From Candidatus Babeliales bacterium (GTDB taxonomy: Bacteria; Babelota; Babeliae; Babelales; JANWKD01): a stretch of 64,000 nucleotides of DNA. This document shows positions 20,605 through 31,013 of the stretch, piece by piece; the stretch's first letter is position 1, and each line of letters starts with the position of its first letter. The stretch is taken from the NCBI GenBank assembly GCA_963722075.1, contig CAVRJM010000001.1, positions 992,001 through 1,056,000 on the forward strand. The letters are read 5' to 3'. Under the pieces are notes generated by a model, which saw only the letters and a list, made by a program, of their open reading frames with translations, was not told where the DNA came from and made no database searches. Both the position numbers and the translations under genes were made by a program.

Positions 20605-21036
20605 ATGAAATTCAAAATTACGGTTATTACCCTAGCAATGTTGTTCTCTATTGAGTGCTGGGCAATGTCACGTACGGAACGTCTTAAGCAAGCTGCTGAA
20701 CGAGCAGGATTAGCAGCACCGGGAGCACAAGCAGGACCTTCTCAACCAAGCGCAGAAGCAAAACGCAAAGCAGCAGCAGATGCCGAAGCAAAACGCAAAG
20801 CAGATGAAGCTAGACGCAAAAGAAAAGGCAAAGAAAAAGAGACAGAAAAAAAACCTTGGGAAGAAATAGGTCAACCTGAGGTAGATGAAAACCCACTATT
20901 CAAATTAGTTGACGACATAACTGATTTAAGAGATTCAGCAATTGAAGCAGCTAGAAAAGCAAGACAAGATGACAAAATCTCTACAGAACTTTATAACCGT
21001 GTATATGCAGGAGTAGGCAAAAGCGTAGTTGACTAA
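20605..21036 (+). CDS. Secreted hypothetical protein with AEAKRKA repeats
   Basis: Signal peptide ending CWA-MS; duplicated gaagcaaaacgcaaagcag. Confidence 0.7.
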   Translation: MKFKITVITLAMLFSIECWAMSRTERLKQAAERAGLAAPGAQAGPSQPSAEAKRKAAADAEAKRKADEARRKRKGKEKETEKKPWEEIGQPEVDENPLFKLVDDITDLRDSAIEAARKARQDDKISTELYNRVYAGVGKSVVD

Positions 21037-21055
21037 AACATCTAGCAAATATCTA

Positions 21056-21091
21056 AAAAGGGCCCGGAAAATTTATTCCGAGCCCTTTTTT
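21056..21091 (+). terminator. Rho-independent terminator
   Basis: aaaaagggcccggaa-aattta-ttccgagcccttttt. Confidence 0.75.
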
Positions 21092-21176
21092 ATTTCAATA
21101 AATTATTGAAGCAAATATTCATCTATGTTTAAAATAATACGGTAACTTATTCAACACCTTCAAAAAGGAGTATGTA

Positions 21177-22156
21177 TAGCACTAATCACTTGTTAACCCC
21201 CAAAAGTAGTAATAGCAGCTGCATAAAGATCATGATTTGAAAGCTGAAGATTTTTTTAATTTTATGTTTGATAGCTTGCCAGTGATGTTCGATAGGATTT
21301 AAATCAGGAGAATAAGGTGGCAAATAAAGCAATTTGCAATGAGCTTGCTGAAGTATTTTTGCAATAGAACCACCTTTGTGAAATGCAGCATTATCAAGGA
21401 CTAAAACTTGATTAGGGCGAAGATTTGAAAGAATACCTTGCTTAAAAATAAGTTTCAAAAATATCCCGATTACAGGGACCTTCAAAAACAAATGGAGCAA
21501 TAAAGCAATTTTGGCTTAATGATCCTATTATATTAAGACGATTTGATCGTACAGCATTCTTCATAGCAAAAAGCCGTTCACCTTCTGGGGCCCAGCCATA
21601 ATCATAAGTTTCATTATCATCTATTCCTGCTTCATCAAGATAAATAATATCTTCAATTTTATATTGTGCTATTTCTTGTTTAAAGTCTTGTCTTTTTTCT
21701 TCATCACGTTCTTTATATCCATAAGTTTTTTTTTACGAGTAAAATTTATTTTTTTCAGGGATCTTCCTATAGAACTTGTAGATCCTGATCCCCATAACTC
21801 TGCCATTTCTCCTGTTGTTTTATCTGAGTAAGTCTGTGCAAAAATTTTGAATTCTTCCCAATCACTAACAATAGGTTTTGATCCGCCTTTAAAAATTATT
21901 GGAGGTTGTTTTACTGACCCTGTGCTTTTTCTTAACTTTCTCCATGTTGATAATGTTTTTCTATTTATGCCTAATACTTCCGCAATTTTCGTATAGGACA
22001 TCTTCCCTTCATCCACAAGTTCCATTGCTCTTTTACGTAAATCATCACTATAAATTAAGGGCATTTTCTTTCCTTTTTACTTCATTTACTTAATGCTCTT
22101 AATTTGCCTTATTTTTTATCATTTTCAAGTTGATACCTTGCAAACGTTTAATGCTA
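21177..22156 (-). mobile_element. IS630-family insertion sequence with a decayed transposase
   Basis: Imperfect IRs tagcactaatcacttg / caaacgtttaatgcta flanked by TA at 21175-76 and 22157-58; HTH ORF with an A9 slip site (RKKK) leading to YLDEAG...LDNAAFH...LPPYSPDLNPIE; extra inactivating frameshift near 21445. Confidence 0.9.
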
Positions 22157-22455
22157 TAAGTAATATTGGTAATAATGCTGCATGTACTTCAGTTTCTCCT
22201 ACCTCTCCTGCTGATTGTTCAAGCACTACACAAGCTACTTACCCTGTTGGTACAATTACTGCTGCTGATATTGATTTTGCTTCTGTAGCAAATCCTGCAG
22301 TTATTTCTAATATTATTTACGGTACTGTTGGCTATGACTTTGATGTTTGTAGCTATCCAATTTTTGCCGCGGTTGGTGGATCATATGAATTCCCTGATAT
22401 TAATACCGCACTTACTCGTTGGAAAGTATGGGGTAAAGTAGGAGTTTCATTCTGA
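22157..22455 (+). pseudogene. 3' fragment of a paralog of 18962..20584
   Basis: SNIGNN...IDFAS.ANPAVISNIIYGTVGYDFD...WKVWGKVGVSF; starts exactly at the IS right end. Confidence 0.9.
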
Positions 22456-22466
22456 CATCGTAAGAT

Positions 22467-22500
22467 GTCATCCTGAGGTCTTTAGGCCGTAAGGATCCAG
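22467..22500. repeat. REP/RPE-like unit
   Basis: gtcatcctgaggtctttaggccgtaaggatccag. Confidence 0.75.
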
Positions 22501-22524
22501 TAATAAAATAAAATAATATATCGC

Positions 22525-22560
22525 AGAAAACAGGCTTGAATAATTTCAAGCCTGTTTTCT
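22525..22560. terminator. 16-bp perfect hairpin, probable terminator
   Basis: agaaaacaggcttgaa-taat-ttcaagcctgttttct. Confidence 0.7.
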
Positions 22561-22607
22561 TATTAATAAATTTTTTATACTGTAACTCAAAAATAATAAG
22601 GAGTTAC

Positions 22608-23618
22608 ATGATAAAGCAACCCGCAGTGTTAATTACCGGCGGAGCCGGTTATATAGGCTCTCATATTGCATATCTGTGCGCGCAACACAATTATAAAATA
22701 ATTATTATTGATCTTTTTATCCACAATCAATATTTTAATCCTAGCTGGGCAACTATTTTTAAGGGGGATTTTTCAGATAAAAAACTACTCACCGATATTT
22801 CCTCACAATACGATATTAAAGCCGTAATTCATTGTGCTGCTTTTATTGAAGTAGGACAATCTGTAACCAACCCCAGCAGTTATTATGAAAATAATGTTGC
22901 TAAAACATTAGTGCTATTACAAACCATGATTGAACATGGTATTAAAAAAATAGTCTTTTCTTCTAGTTGCGCCGTATATGGCAATCCTGAATTTTTACCG
23001 CTCGTTGAAGATCATCCAAAAAAACCAATTAGCCCCTACGGCAAAACTAAATTAATGGTTGAAATGATACTTAATGATTTTCAACAAGCTTATGGTCTTG
23101 AATATGTCTGTTTACGCTATTTTAACGCCGCAGGAGCACTACCAGAAGAAGGGTTAGGCGAGCAACATATCCCTGAAAGTCATCTGATACCAAGAATCTT
23201 AGATGCTGCTTTAAAACAAACACCTTTTACTATTTTTGGTAATGACTATGAAACTAAGGATGGTACTGCTATTCGTGATTATGTACATGTACTGGATATT
23301 GCGCAAGCACATCTGCTTGCTTTGCATCATTTAGATGCGCGTAAGCCATCTGATTGTTTTAATTTAGGTACGGGCTATGGGTTTTCTATAAAAGAGATTA
23401 TTGAAGTGGTAGAAAAGGTATGCCATATAAAAATAAAATCAATACCCGAAAAAAGAAGAGCTGGTGATCCAGCAATTTTAGTTGCCGATCCCTTGCGCGT
23501 AGAAACTATTTTAGGATGGAAAAGAAATTACAGTCAACTAGAGTATATAATTAAATCAGCGTATACATTTGAAATATATAAAAACAATCAACTTAAAGAA
23601 AAAATTTTAGAATTATAG
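22608..23618 (+). CDS. galE: UDP-glucose 4-epimerase
   Basis: ITGGAGYIGSH, FSSSCAVYG, PYGKTK, LRYFNAAGA, RDYVHV; RBS aaggag before the ATG at 22608. Confidence 0.95.
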   Translation: MIKQPAVLITGGAGYIGSHIAYLCAQHNYKIIIIDLFIHNQYFNPSWATIFKGDFSDKKLLTDISSQYDIKAVIHCAAFIEVGQSVTNPSSYYENNVAKTLVLLQTMIEHGIKKIVFSSSCAVYGNPEFLPLVEDHPKKPISPYGKTKLMVEMILNDFQQAYGLEYVCLRYFNAAGALPEEGLGEQHIPESHLIPRILDAALKQTPFTIFGNDYETKDGTAIRDYVHVLDIAQAHLLALHHLDARKPSDCFNLGTGYGFSIKEIIEVVEKVCHIKIKSIPEKRRAGDPAILVADPLRVETILGWKRNYSQLEYIIKSAYTFEIYKNNQLKEKILEL

Positions 23619-23627
23619 TAATAAAAA

Positions 23628-23666
23628 ATGAATGCCTACAAAGAATAATTCTTTGTAGGCATTCAT
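23628..23666. terminator. Hairpin between converging genes, probable bidirectional terminator
   Basis: atgaatgcctacaaagaa-taa-ttctttgtaggcattcat. Confidence 0.75.
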
Positions 23667-23691
23667 ATAACATTTAGTCTAATAATTTAAT

Positions 23692-24594
23692 TTATTTTTT
23701 TATTAAATTATTAAAGTATCTTACAAATGCTAGTCTTTGCTTACGTAATTCAGCTTCTGCTGCTTCTTTGTTCCGTTCTGTTGCCTTTAGAAAAGCGGTA
23801 ACTGCTGCATAAAGATCTTGACAAAGCTTATGAGCATCTTTTGATTTATTTTGTAATCTGCTCATTAATAAGGCAATATTTGTTTCAAATGTATCTTTAT
23901 CTATGTTAATTTCATTATCATTATTTTGTGTAATTGCCATAGAAGCTGCTTTAGCCTGTTCAATTATTTCTGCTTCTTCTTTGCTAAATTTGTTGCCTTT
24001 AAGCATTTTATAACCTAATGTACCTGCAACTGCAGTAGTTAAAACACCACCAGTTATTGCTGCTGCTTTCTTAGTAACATATGGAGCAACAAAGTTATAT
24101 GCTTGAGACGCGTAACCAGTTGCGTAAGCACCATATCCTAATCCTACTAAAGCACCTAAGCCAACGCCGTATTTACCTAGCTTTTTAGCTGTTTGATACT
24201 TAGAAGATGCTGCTGGTGTATTCTTCTTAGCTTTTTTTGCATCTTTCTTTTTTTCTACTGGAGCTTGTGCTGGTTTTTTGTATCTTTGATACAATTTATA
24301 CCCACCAAAAGTAACAGCAGGAACTGCTACCGCTGCGGCAATACCGGCAACATAAGGATGGTTTTTTACTACATCAGGCGTAAAAGCTGACGCTTTTGAT
24401 GCACCGTATGACCAAGCACCTTTAACAGCATCTAATGCCATTTCACGGTAATTCTTAACCGCTTCTTTAACCGGTTCTTGTAAATGTAACTGAACAAAAG
24501 ATCCAGTATCACTTTCCATTGCAGCTGATTGAGCAACAACAGACGCTGCTGCAACGAGCAACAACATTGATTTATTTAATTTTGAGATGTTCAT
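23692..24594 (-). CDS. Secreted/membrane hypothetical protein with three Gly/Ala-rich hydrophobic segments
   Basis: Signal peptide ending SAA-MES; HPYVAGIA..GYK segment; RBS ggagg before the ATG at 24594. Confidence 0.75.
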   Translation of the reverse strand: MNISKLNKSMLLLVAAASVVAQSAAMESDTGSFVQLHLQEPVKEAVKNYREMALDAVKGAWSYGASKASAFTPDVVKNHPYVAGIAAAVAVPAVTFGGYKLYQRYKKPAQAPVEKKKDAKKAKKNTPAASSKYQTAKKLGKYGVGLGALVGLGYGAYATGYASQAYNFVAPYVTKKAAAITGGVLTTAVAGTLGYKMLKGNKFSKEEAEIIEQAKAASMAITQNNDNEINIDKDTFETNIALLMSRLQNKSKDAHKLCQDLYAAVTAFLKATERNKEAAEAELRKQRLAFVRYFNNLIKK

Positions 24595-24864
24595 TCGAAC
24601 GTCCTCCATTTAGGTTTGTAATATGAACAAACGATACCATTCACTTTCCATGGTACCATAAATAACAAGTTTGTCAAAAAACGCTTTTGTTGTTTATAAT
24701 ATCATTTCAATTTTAAATATGCTTGAACACATATTTACCGTAAACAGCTCATTTCAATTATAAATTTACCTCAAATAAAAATTTTGTCAATAATTTATAT
24801 TAATTTATTATCCAAATAGATAATTAACAACAAAACTATTACAATGTTTTCTATTTGAAATTAT

Positions 24865-25122
24865 TTAGTTATTCTCTTCTTGATTTACTTCTGTAGCTTC
24901 TTCTTGAACCACTACTGGCTCTTCTTCCACTACCGCTGATTCTTCTTGAGCTGGGGTAGCATTTTCTTCTTCTTGTGCATTCATTTTATTGAGTAATAGC
25001 TCTTGTATAGCTTGCATTTTGTCATCTATTGTAGCTGAATCATCTTCAGCGTATGCTAAGCCCGCTACAGAAGCGATTACCATTATAGATAAAGAAAGGA
25101 TATGAAATTGTTTTAATTCCAT
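24865..25122 (-). CDS. Small acidic secreted hypothetical protein
   Basis: Signal peptide AYA-EDD; RBS ggagg. Confidence 0.7.
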   Translation of the reverse strand: MELKQFHILSLSIMVIASVAGLAYAEDDSATIDDKMQAIQELLLNKMNAQEEENATPAQEESAVVEEEPVVVQEEATEVNQEENN

Positions 25123-25157
25123 GTAAATAACCTCCGTTTAATAGTTGATATATAAGG

Positions 25158-25184
25158 AAGGCCTAAGGGTTTAACTTAGGCCTT
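25158..25184 (-). terminator. Hairpin after 25210..26022
   Basis: aaggcctaag-ggtttaa-cttaggcctt. Confidence 0.5.
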
Positions 25185-25209
25185 TAATTTTACTATATAG
25201 TATTTTCGA

Positions 25210-26022
25210 TTAAGCCGCAACCGGCATAACCACAGGAGGAATAGGATACCACTCGTGCTTTGTAGCCTGATTACTAAAGTAATACAGCCATACTGCAGCT
25301 GGAATAAGGGTTACCAAACCAGCTTTTACTAGTGACGGAACATCGTTTTTAACCTTTTCATAAAGCCAATGCTTTTGTACCGTTTCAGGGGCATATTTAT
25401 AGAGAAGCGTAATAACGGCTGGAATGGCTAAAGTAAGAGCCGTAAAAGCTTTATGGTCATTACCAAAGGTTACCATATCAGATCCCATGATTCTTGCTTT
25501 TGTCCAGCTATTAGCTGCTGAATTACGCATCGTGGTTAAATAACCTTTGATACCTTCTGCTTTTGCCACTGGATTAGTTGCATTTGCATTAGATGCAGGA
25601 GCTGACTCATTAGCTGGAGCTTGGCTTTCAGCTTTATTAATTGATGATTCAGAAGGCTCGAGCGCTATAATTGGTTCAACTGTGTCGATCGCTGGCTGAG
25701 TTGTTTGATCAGAAGCAACTGAATTTTCAGCTACAACTGCCTTTTGAACTTCCGGCTCAGTTACTGATTGTGCAACTGGTATTTCAACGCCGAGCACATT
25801 GTGAACTTCTTGTGCCGGCTCAGTGATTGCTTGAGCTTCTTGTGGTACCGATACTTGCTCTGCAACTTCACTTACTGCTTTAGATGCAGAAGTATCAACT
25901 TGTGCAACTTCTGGGTCAATAGCATATTGAAGATTTTCATCTTCCATTGCTTGTGCCAAGCTGGTGGTGATAAGAAATAAACCTATAGTAATTTTTGTAC
26001 GCGATGCATATAATGCCTGCAT
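25210..26022 (-). CDS. Secreted/membrane hypothetical protein with a low-complexity acidic linker and two C-terminal TMs
   Basis: Signal peptide AQA-MED. Confidence 0.7.
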   Translation of the reverse strand: MQALYASRTKITIGLFLITTSLAQAMEDENLQYAIDPEVAQVDTSASKAVSEVAEQVSVPQEAQAITEPAQEVHNVLGVEIPVAQSVTEPEVQKAVVAENSVASDQTTQPAIDTVEPIIALEPSESSINKAESQAPANESAPASNANATNPVAKAEGIKGYLTTMRNSAANSWTKARIMGSDMVTFGNDHKAFTALTLAIPAVITLLYKYAPETVQKHWLYEKVKNDVPSLVKAGLVTLIPAAVWLYYFSNQATKHEWYPIPPVVMPVAA

Positions 26023-26222
26023 AGAAATCCTCGTTTTTGATGATGGAATTATTAGTCTAATAGCATATTTTAATTAGAACACTAAAATTGTCAATAAAAC
26101 TATTTTTTCACATCAGATAATTTTCTAATGAATTATTTATTGAATCAATACCATCAAAAACGAAGAAATAGGCTTATATTTAATCTAAATTATAAATTAA
26201 GATTATGAACAGGAATATTAAA

Positions 26223-26927
26223 TTATTTTAAATGATTAGCCGTATCATTAATAGAGGTAAAAACCTTTTCTCTCAATTCATCAATCGACGGCAGATCAAT
26301 TGATTCCATAAGATATTTTTGATTATAATTTTTAATATTATCGTCTAAATTACTTAAATCGATATTAATGTTATAAATCAAATCATTTAATGGAAAATTA
26401 AGCAACTTGCCAAAAATTTTGTTTAAATCTTCGATTAATGCTCCAGAGACTTCGAGATTCTTATTAACTATATTTTTAATCATAGCCAACACATCCTCAA
26501 TTTCTTCTTTAAGCATATCAAAAGATGGCTGTTTCTTTTGCTCCTCGAAAACGTTGTCGCCTTCTTTTTCTTTGCCTACTTGTTCGTCTGAAGGCAGCTC
26601 TTCTTCTTCATTACCTACTTCTTCATCTGAAGCCAGTTCTTCATCTTCATTGCTTGATTGCATAGATTTAATTCTCTGCTTTTCTGCTTTATAACCTAAA
26701 TATGCACCAGAGCAAACAACAGGAATAAATGCAATTCCAGCAACAATATAAGGATGATCTTTTATTATTTGTGAAATATACGAGAGAGAACCAGTTAAAT
26801 TATCTAAAACGGTTGATTTAACAGAAGAAAAATAAGAGCAATAAGCTGCGGGCTGAAACGCCATACAGAGCGCCAAAGCAAGGACACTCTTTTTTAAAAC
26901 TTTTCCATTTGTAACATTAGTAAACAT
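26223..26927 (-). CDS. Secreted/membrane hypothetical protein with an acidic repeat
   Basis: Signal peptide; HPYIVAGIA..GYK segment like 23692; EEL.SDE.VG.E repeated twice. Confidence 0.7.
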   Translation of the reverse strand: MFTNVTNGKVLKKSVLALALCMAFQPAAYCSYFSSVKSTVLDNLTGSLSYISQIIKDHPYIVAGIAFIPVVCSGAYLGYKAEKQRIKSMQSSNEDEELASDEEVGNEEEELPSDEQVGKEKEGDNVFEEQKKQPSFDMLKEEIEDVLAMIKNIVNKNLEVSGALIEDLNKIFGKLLNFPLNDLIYNINIDLSNLDDNIKNYNQKYLMESIDLPSIDELREKVFTSINDTANHLK

Positions 26928-27009
26928 TGTAACCTCCATAATTAATATCTACAACATAAACAGCGTATCATTAATCTCAAAATAACGCAAATAGGGTTAT
27001 TTTAAAATT

Positions 27010-29550
27010 TTATTTCTGCGCGCCGCAACATTTCTTATATTTCTTTCCCGAACCGCATGGACACTGTTCATTTCTGCCAACTTTATCTTCTGCGCGTTCA
27101 AGCGGACGATTTCCTTCTGCCTGTTGCATGCTTGCGGAAATTAAATTGAGTTCATCAAGCTCTCGTTGACGTTTATGCTCAAGTTCATGTTGGTTAAAGC
27201 GTTCTAATTTAAGATGGAATATGTGATGAACAATATCCCAACGCATTTGCTGCATCATTTCTTTAAACATATCAAATGCTTCGCGCTTATATTCAATAAG
27301 TGGATTTTTTTGTCCCCAGCTGCGCAAATTGATACCTTCTTTTAAATGATCCAAGTTAAGCATATGCTGCTTCCATGCATTATCTAAAATTTCAAGCATG
27401 AGCCATTTTTCAGCTTCTTGAATGCGTTCTGCATCTTGCTGTGTGCGATAGCTTTCATATTTATTAAGCAAGAAGTCAACAATATCGCTTTTAAATGCTT
27501 CTACATTAGCAGTATTAAATTGCTCTTTTTTAAGCTCATCGATTTTTACGCCAGTCAACACCGAAAGCATTTCCATAATTCTCTGAATGCCTTCAGGAGT
27601 CATACGTGCTGGTAAAATTGCGGTAACCATATCATTCACTGATTGGCTCATGAGATCTCGTATTAGATCGTAAATTTCTTGCGAACCTTCTAAAATGGAA
27701 CGCCTATATTTGTAAATAACAATACGTTGTTGATTTAATACGTCATCATATTCAAGCAAGTGACGGCGCGTCTCAAAATTATGTTTTTCCACTTTTTCTT
27801 GGGATCGTTCAATTGTTTTTGAAATGAAGCCTGATTCTATTGTTTCATCTTCTTTCATGCCCACCCGTTTCATATTTTTTTGGATCGTATCACCCGCAAA
27901 AATACGAATTAAATCATCTTCCAAGGAAATGTAAAAACGAGATTCTCCCGGATCTCCTTGACGTCCCGAACGGCCACGCAGCTGATTATCAATACGTCGA
28001 CTTTCATGCCGTTCAGTACCCAAAATATACAACCCGCCCGCTTTCACTGAATCAGGCGTTAATTTAATATCGGTGCCACGACCTGCCATATTAGTAGCAA
28101 TGGTAACGCGCCCCGGTTCACCGGCATGTTCTACAATCTCCGCTTCACGTTGATGCTGTTTAGCATTAAGCACCTCATGCGGTACCCCTTGAGCACGTAA
28201 AATATCGCTTAATAATTCTGATGTTTCAATAGCAATAGTACCAATAAGTACTGGTTGCCCCTTGGTATAGCGTTCTTTTATATCACCCACAATAGCTTGA
28301 TATTTTCCTGATTTAGATAAGAAAATAAGATCGGATTTATCAAGACGAATCATCGATTTGTTGGTCGGAATTGAAACTACATCAAGGCCGTAAATCTTAT
28401 GAAATTCTTCCGCTTCAGTTGATGCAGTACCGGTCATACCAGCTAATTTTTTATATAATCTAAAGAAATTTTGTAAGGTAATTGAAGCAAGTGTTTGGCT
28501 TTCGCGCTCTACTTTAACGCCTTCTTTTGCTTCTAATGCTTGATGCAAGCCATCACTATACCGACGCCCTGGTAATATACGGCCAGTAAATTCATCAACA
28601 ATGAGTACTTCATCATCTTTGACCACATAATCAACATCACGTTTAAAAAGACTATGCGCTCGTAATGCTTGGTTAATATGATGCAGCAAAGTAAGCTGTT
28701 CTACGGCATACAGATTATCAATAGAAAATGCTGATTCAACTTTATCAACACCCGATTCAGTTAGTTGCACTGACCGCTGTTTTTCATCAATTTCATAATC
28801 AACATTTTTCACTAAGCGCGGAATTACTTTATTTGCTTCTAAATATAAATTACTACTTTTATCAGCAGCACCAGATATAATTAAGGGAGTTCGCGCTTCG
28901 TCAATTAAAATGGAGTCAACCTCATCCACAATGGCATAATTTAAATCACGCTGCACATAATCTTCTAAGCGAAATTTCATATTATCGCGCAGATAGTCAA
29001 AGCCCAGCTCATTATTAGTAGCATATAGAATATCTGATTGGTATACTTTTTTGCGCTCTTCGTCACTCATTTGATTTTGTAAGATACCCACCGTAAGCCC
29101 AAGCCTATTATAAATAGGAGCCATCCAGGTACCATCACGACGCGCTAAATAATCATTAACGGTGACTAAATGAGCGCCTTTACCGCTTAATGCATTCAAA
29201 TATAAAGGAAGCGTTGCCGTGAGTGTTTTTCCCTCACCCGTTTTCATTTCAGCAATTTTACCTTGATGTAATACAATACCGCCCATTAATTGCACGTCAA
29301 AATGACGTTGACCTATTTCACGTTTAGACACTTCACGAACCACTGCAAATGCTTCAGGCAAAATATCGTCAAGCGTTTTACCTTGTGCTAATTGTGCTCG
29401 AAATTCGTCTGTTTTTGCGCCTAATTGTTCTATGGTTAACGAAGACATAAGCGGCTCTAAACTATTAATTTTTTCAACAATTGGACGCAGCCTTTTTAGC
29501 TGCCGGACATTGGCCGTACCCATAATTTTTGCTAAAATCTGCGCAATCAT
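27010..29550 (-). CDS. secA: Preprotein translocase ATPase SecA
   Basis: AEMKTGEGKT, DEVDSILIDEARTP, C-terminal CPCGSGKKYKKCCG. Confidence 0.98.
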   Translation of the reverse strand: MIAQILAKIMGTANVRQLKRLRPIVEKINSLEPLMSSLTIEQLGAKTDEFRAQLAQGKTLDDILPEAFAVVREVSKREIGQRHFDVQLMGGIVLHQGKIAEMKTGEGKTLTATLPLYLNALSGKGAHLVTVNDYLARRDGTWMAPIYNRLGLTVGILQNQMSDEERKKVYQSDILYATNNELGFDYLRDNMKFRLEDYVQRDLNYAIVDEVDSILIDEARTPLIISGAADKSSNLYLEANKVIPRLVKNVDYEIDEKQRSVQLTESGVDKVESAFSIDNLYAVEQLTLLHHINQALRAHSLFKRDVDYVVKDDEVLIVDEFTGRILPGRRYSDGLHQALEAKEGVKVERESQTLASITLQNFFRLYKKLAGMTGTASTEAEEFHKIYGLDVVSIPTNKSMIRLDKSDLIFLSKSGKYQAIVGDIKERYTKGQPVLIGTIAIETSELLSDILRAQGVPHEVLNAKQHQREAEIVEHAGEPGRVTIATNMAGRGTDIKLTPDSVKAGGLYILGTERHESRRIDNQLRGRSGRQGDPGESRFYISLEDDLIRIFAGDTIQKNMKRVGMKEDETIESGFISKTIERSQEKVEKHNFETRRHLLEYDDVLNQQRIVIYKYRRSILEGSQEIYDLIRDLMSQSVNDMVTAILPARMTPEGIQRIMEMLSVLTGVKIDELKKEQFNTANVEAFKSDIVDFLLNKYESYRTQQDAERIQEAEKWLMLEILDNAWKQHMLNLDHLKEGINLRSWGQKNPLIEYKREAFDMFKEMMQQMRWDIVHHIFHLKLERFNQHELEHKRQRELDELNLISASMQQAEGNRPLERAEDKVGRNEQCPCGSGKKYKKCCGAQK

Positions 29551-29734
29551 CTAAGATCTCCGTACCTTAATTTATATATATTTTTTAACCATTAACGTTC
29601 ATTAGGCAATTTAAGTAACTAATAATACCATTAGGTCAAAAAATTCTCAATTTTTAACATAGTATTGAAACATAAGTCTCATTGGTAAACAAAAATGAAA
29701 AACGTATCTTGGGCCACCAAGAACAAAAATAGCA

Positions 29735-30943
29735 TCAAGCAGCTTGTGATTTTTTTATACGTTCTACCAATGCTTTAATAGAATCATTTGATTGAATTAA
29801 AAATGGAATTACCATAGAGCCATTTTGTTTATTTAATAACATAGTAATAACTTCAGAAGAACTAAAAAAGGTTGCCAATGAAGGGTTTTCATAAATCCAA
29901 TAACTAATCGTATGCATAATTTCTTTTTTATCAGATACTTGTGATAGTTGCTGAATACTGTATCCAACCACTCGTTTTTTTGCTTCTGGTGATTGTATAA
30001 GATCCAGGTAATAAAAATCAGCAAATTCATCTATTCTTTTAAATAGCTCATCAGCAAATAAATGCTCATGATCATGTGGATCTGTTTCCATAAATAATTT
30101 AAATAAGGCAAATACGATATAGTGGTTTTTGTTACCTAATTGAACTATCTTTCCAATTTTTTGCTTAAAATAATCACTTATCTCTTTTTTATAATCTTCA
30201 TATAAAAATATACGATATTTGGGAACTACTTTATAAAAAAATTCAGTAAGCCGCTCATCAAGGGTTTCTACAATGGTATCTAAAGAGCCCACTAAAAGCC
30301 CTGCCCCTCTTTTTAATTCTTCTTTTTTCAATGAACTTATCTCAGCATCATCACTTATTTCTAAATACGTATAATAGCTGCTTACTAATTCAGTAGCAGT
30401 AGTATCATACATCACTTCTTGAAACGAGTTTTGTATATATATACTCAAACCAGGTGCCAGCGCCTTTTTAAGAGATTCTAAAGCGTTCGTATCTGCTTTA
30501 AAAATAGTAAGTATTAATTTCTTACCGCGCTGACTTGTTAATAACTCCGGCACGTGTGTTGCAATAAGATCATCATATTCTCGACTGTAAAGAAGCTGCT
30601 TAATCACTGCTCCAGGATTATTTTCATAAGTTTGCATTAATGCAGTAAGGCGTTCACGCTCTTCTTGCTGGTGATTAACATCTTGCGCATAAATAGCATT
30701 TCTTTTTTTATACCCCATATACACACTTATTCCAAGCGCCGCACCTATAAAAGGATTGCGCACTGAATAGATCGGGGCCTTTATAAACCCTGCTTTATTA
30801 AAAAAACCATGATTTTTTTGAGACAAAATAGTACGGGTAGTAAATGGGCTGTAACTCTTGAGACGCCCCCAAAGAGAGCTGCCTAATCGAGCATCCGCAT
30901 GAGCAGCAAAAAGACATAAAAATAGAAATAACATTTTTTTCAT
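29735..30943 (-). CDS. Secreted hypothetical helical protein with a presequence-like N-terminus
   Basis: Signal peptide MKKMLFLFLCLFAAHADA, then a basic acid-free segment and a TM. Confidence 0.7.
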   Translation of the reverse strand: MKKMLFLFLCLFAAHADARLGSSLWGRLKSYSPFTTRTILSQKNHGFFNKAGFIKAPIYSVRNPFIGAALGISVYMGYKKRNAIYAQDVNHQQEERERLTALMQTYENNPGAVIKQLLYSREYDDLIATHVPELLTSQRGKKLILTIFKADTNALESLKKALAPGLSIYIQNSFQEVMYDTTATELVSSYYTYLEISDDAEISSLKKEELKRGAGLLVGSLDTIVETLDERLTEFFYKVVPKYRIFLYEDYKKEISDYFKQKIGKIVQLGNKNHYIVFALFKLFMETDPHDHEHLFADELFKRIDEFADFYYLDLIQSPEAKKRVVGYSIQQLSQVSDKKEIMHTISYWIYENPSLATFFSSSEVITMLLNKQNGSMVIPFLIQSNDSIKALVERIKKSQAA

Positions 30944-31013
30944 ATAGAGAGACCTCACATTTGTTAAGAGCTTAATCTTAATACAATTAGAATATATTAT
31001 AAATAGAATAAGA

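Noticed and set aside
22093..22156. N-terminus of the 120-aa ORF as a real signal peptide
   Set aside because: It lies inside the IS630 right end; homology to the OMP family starts only at 22157
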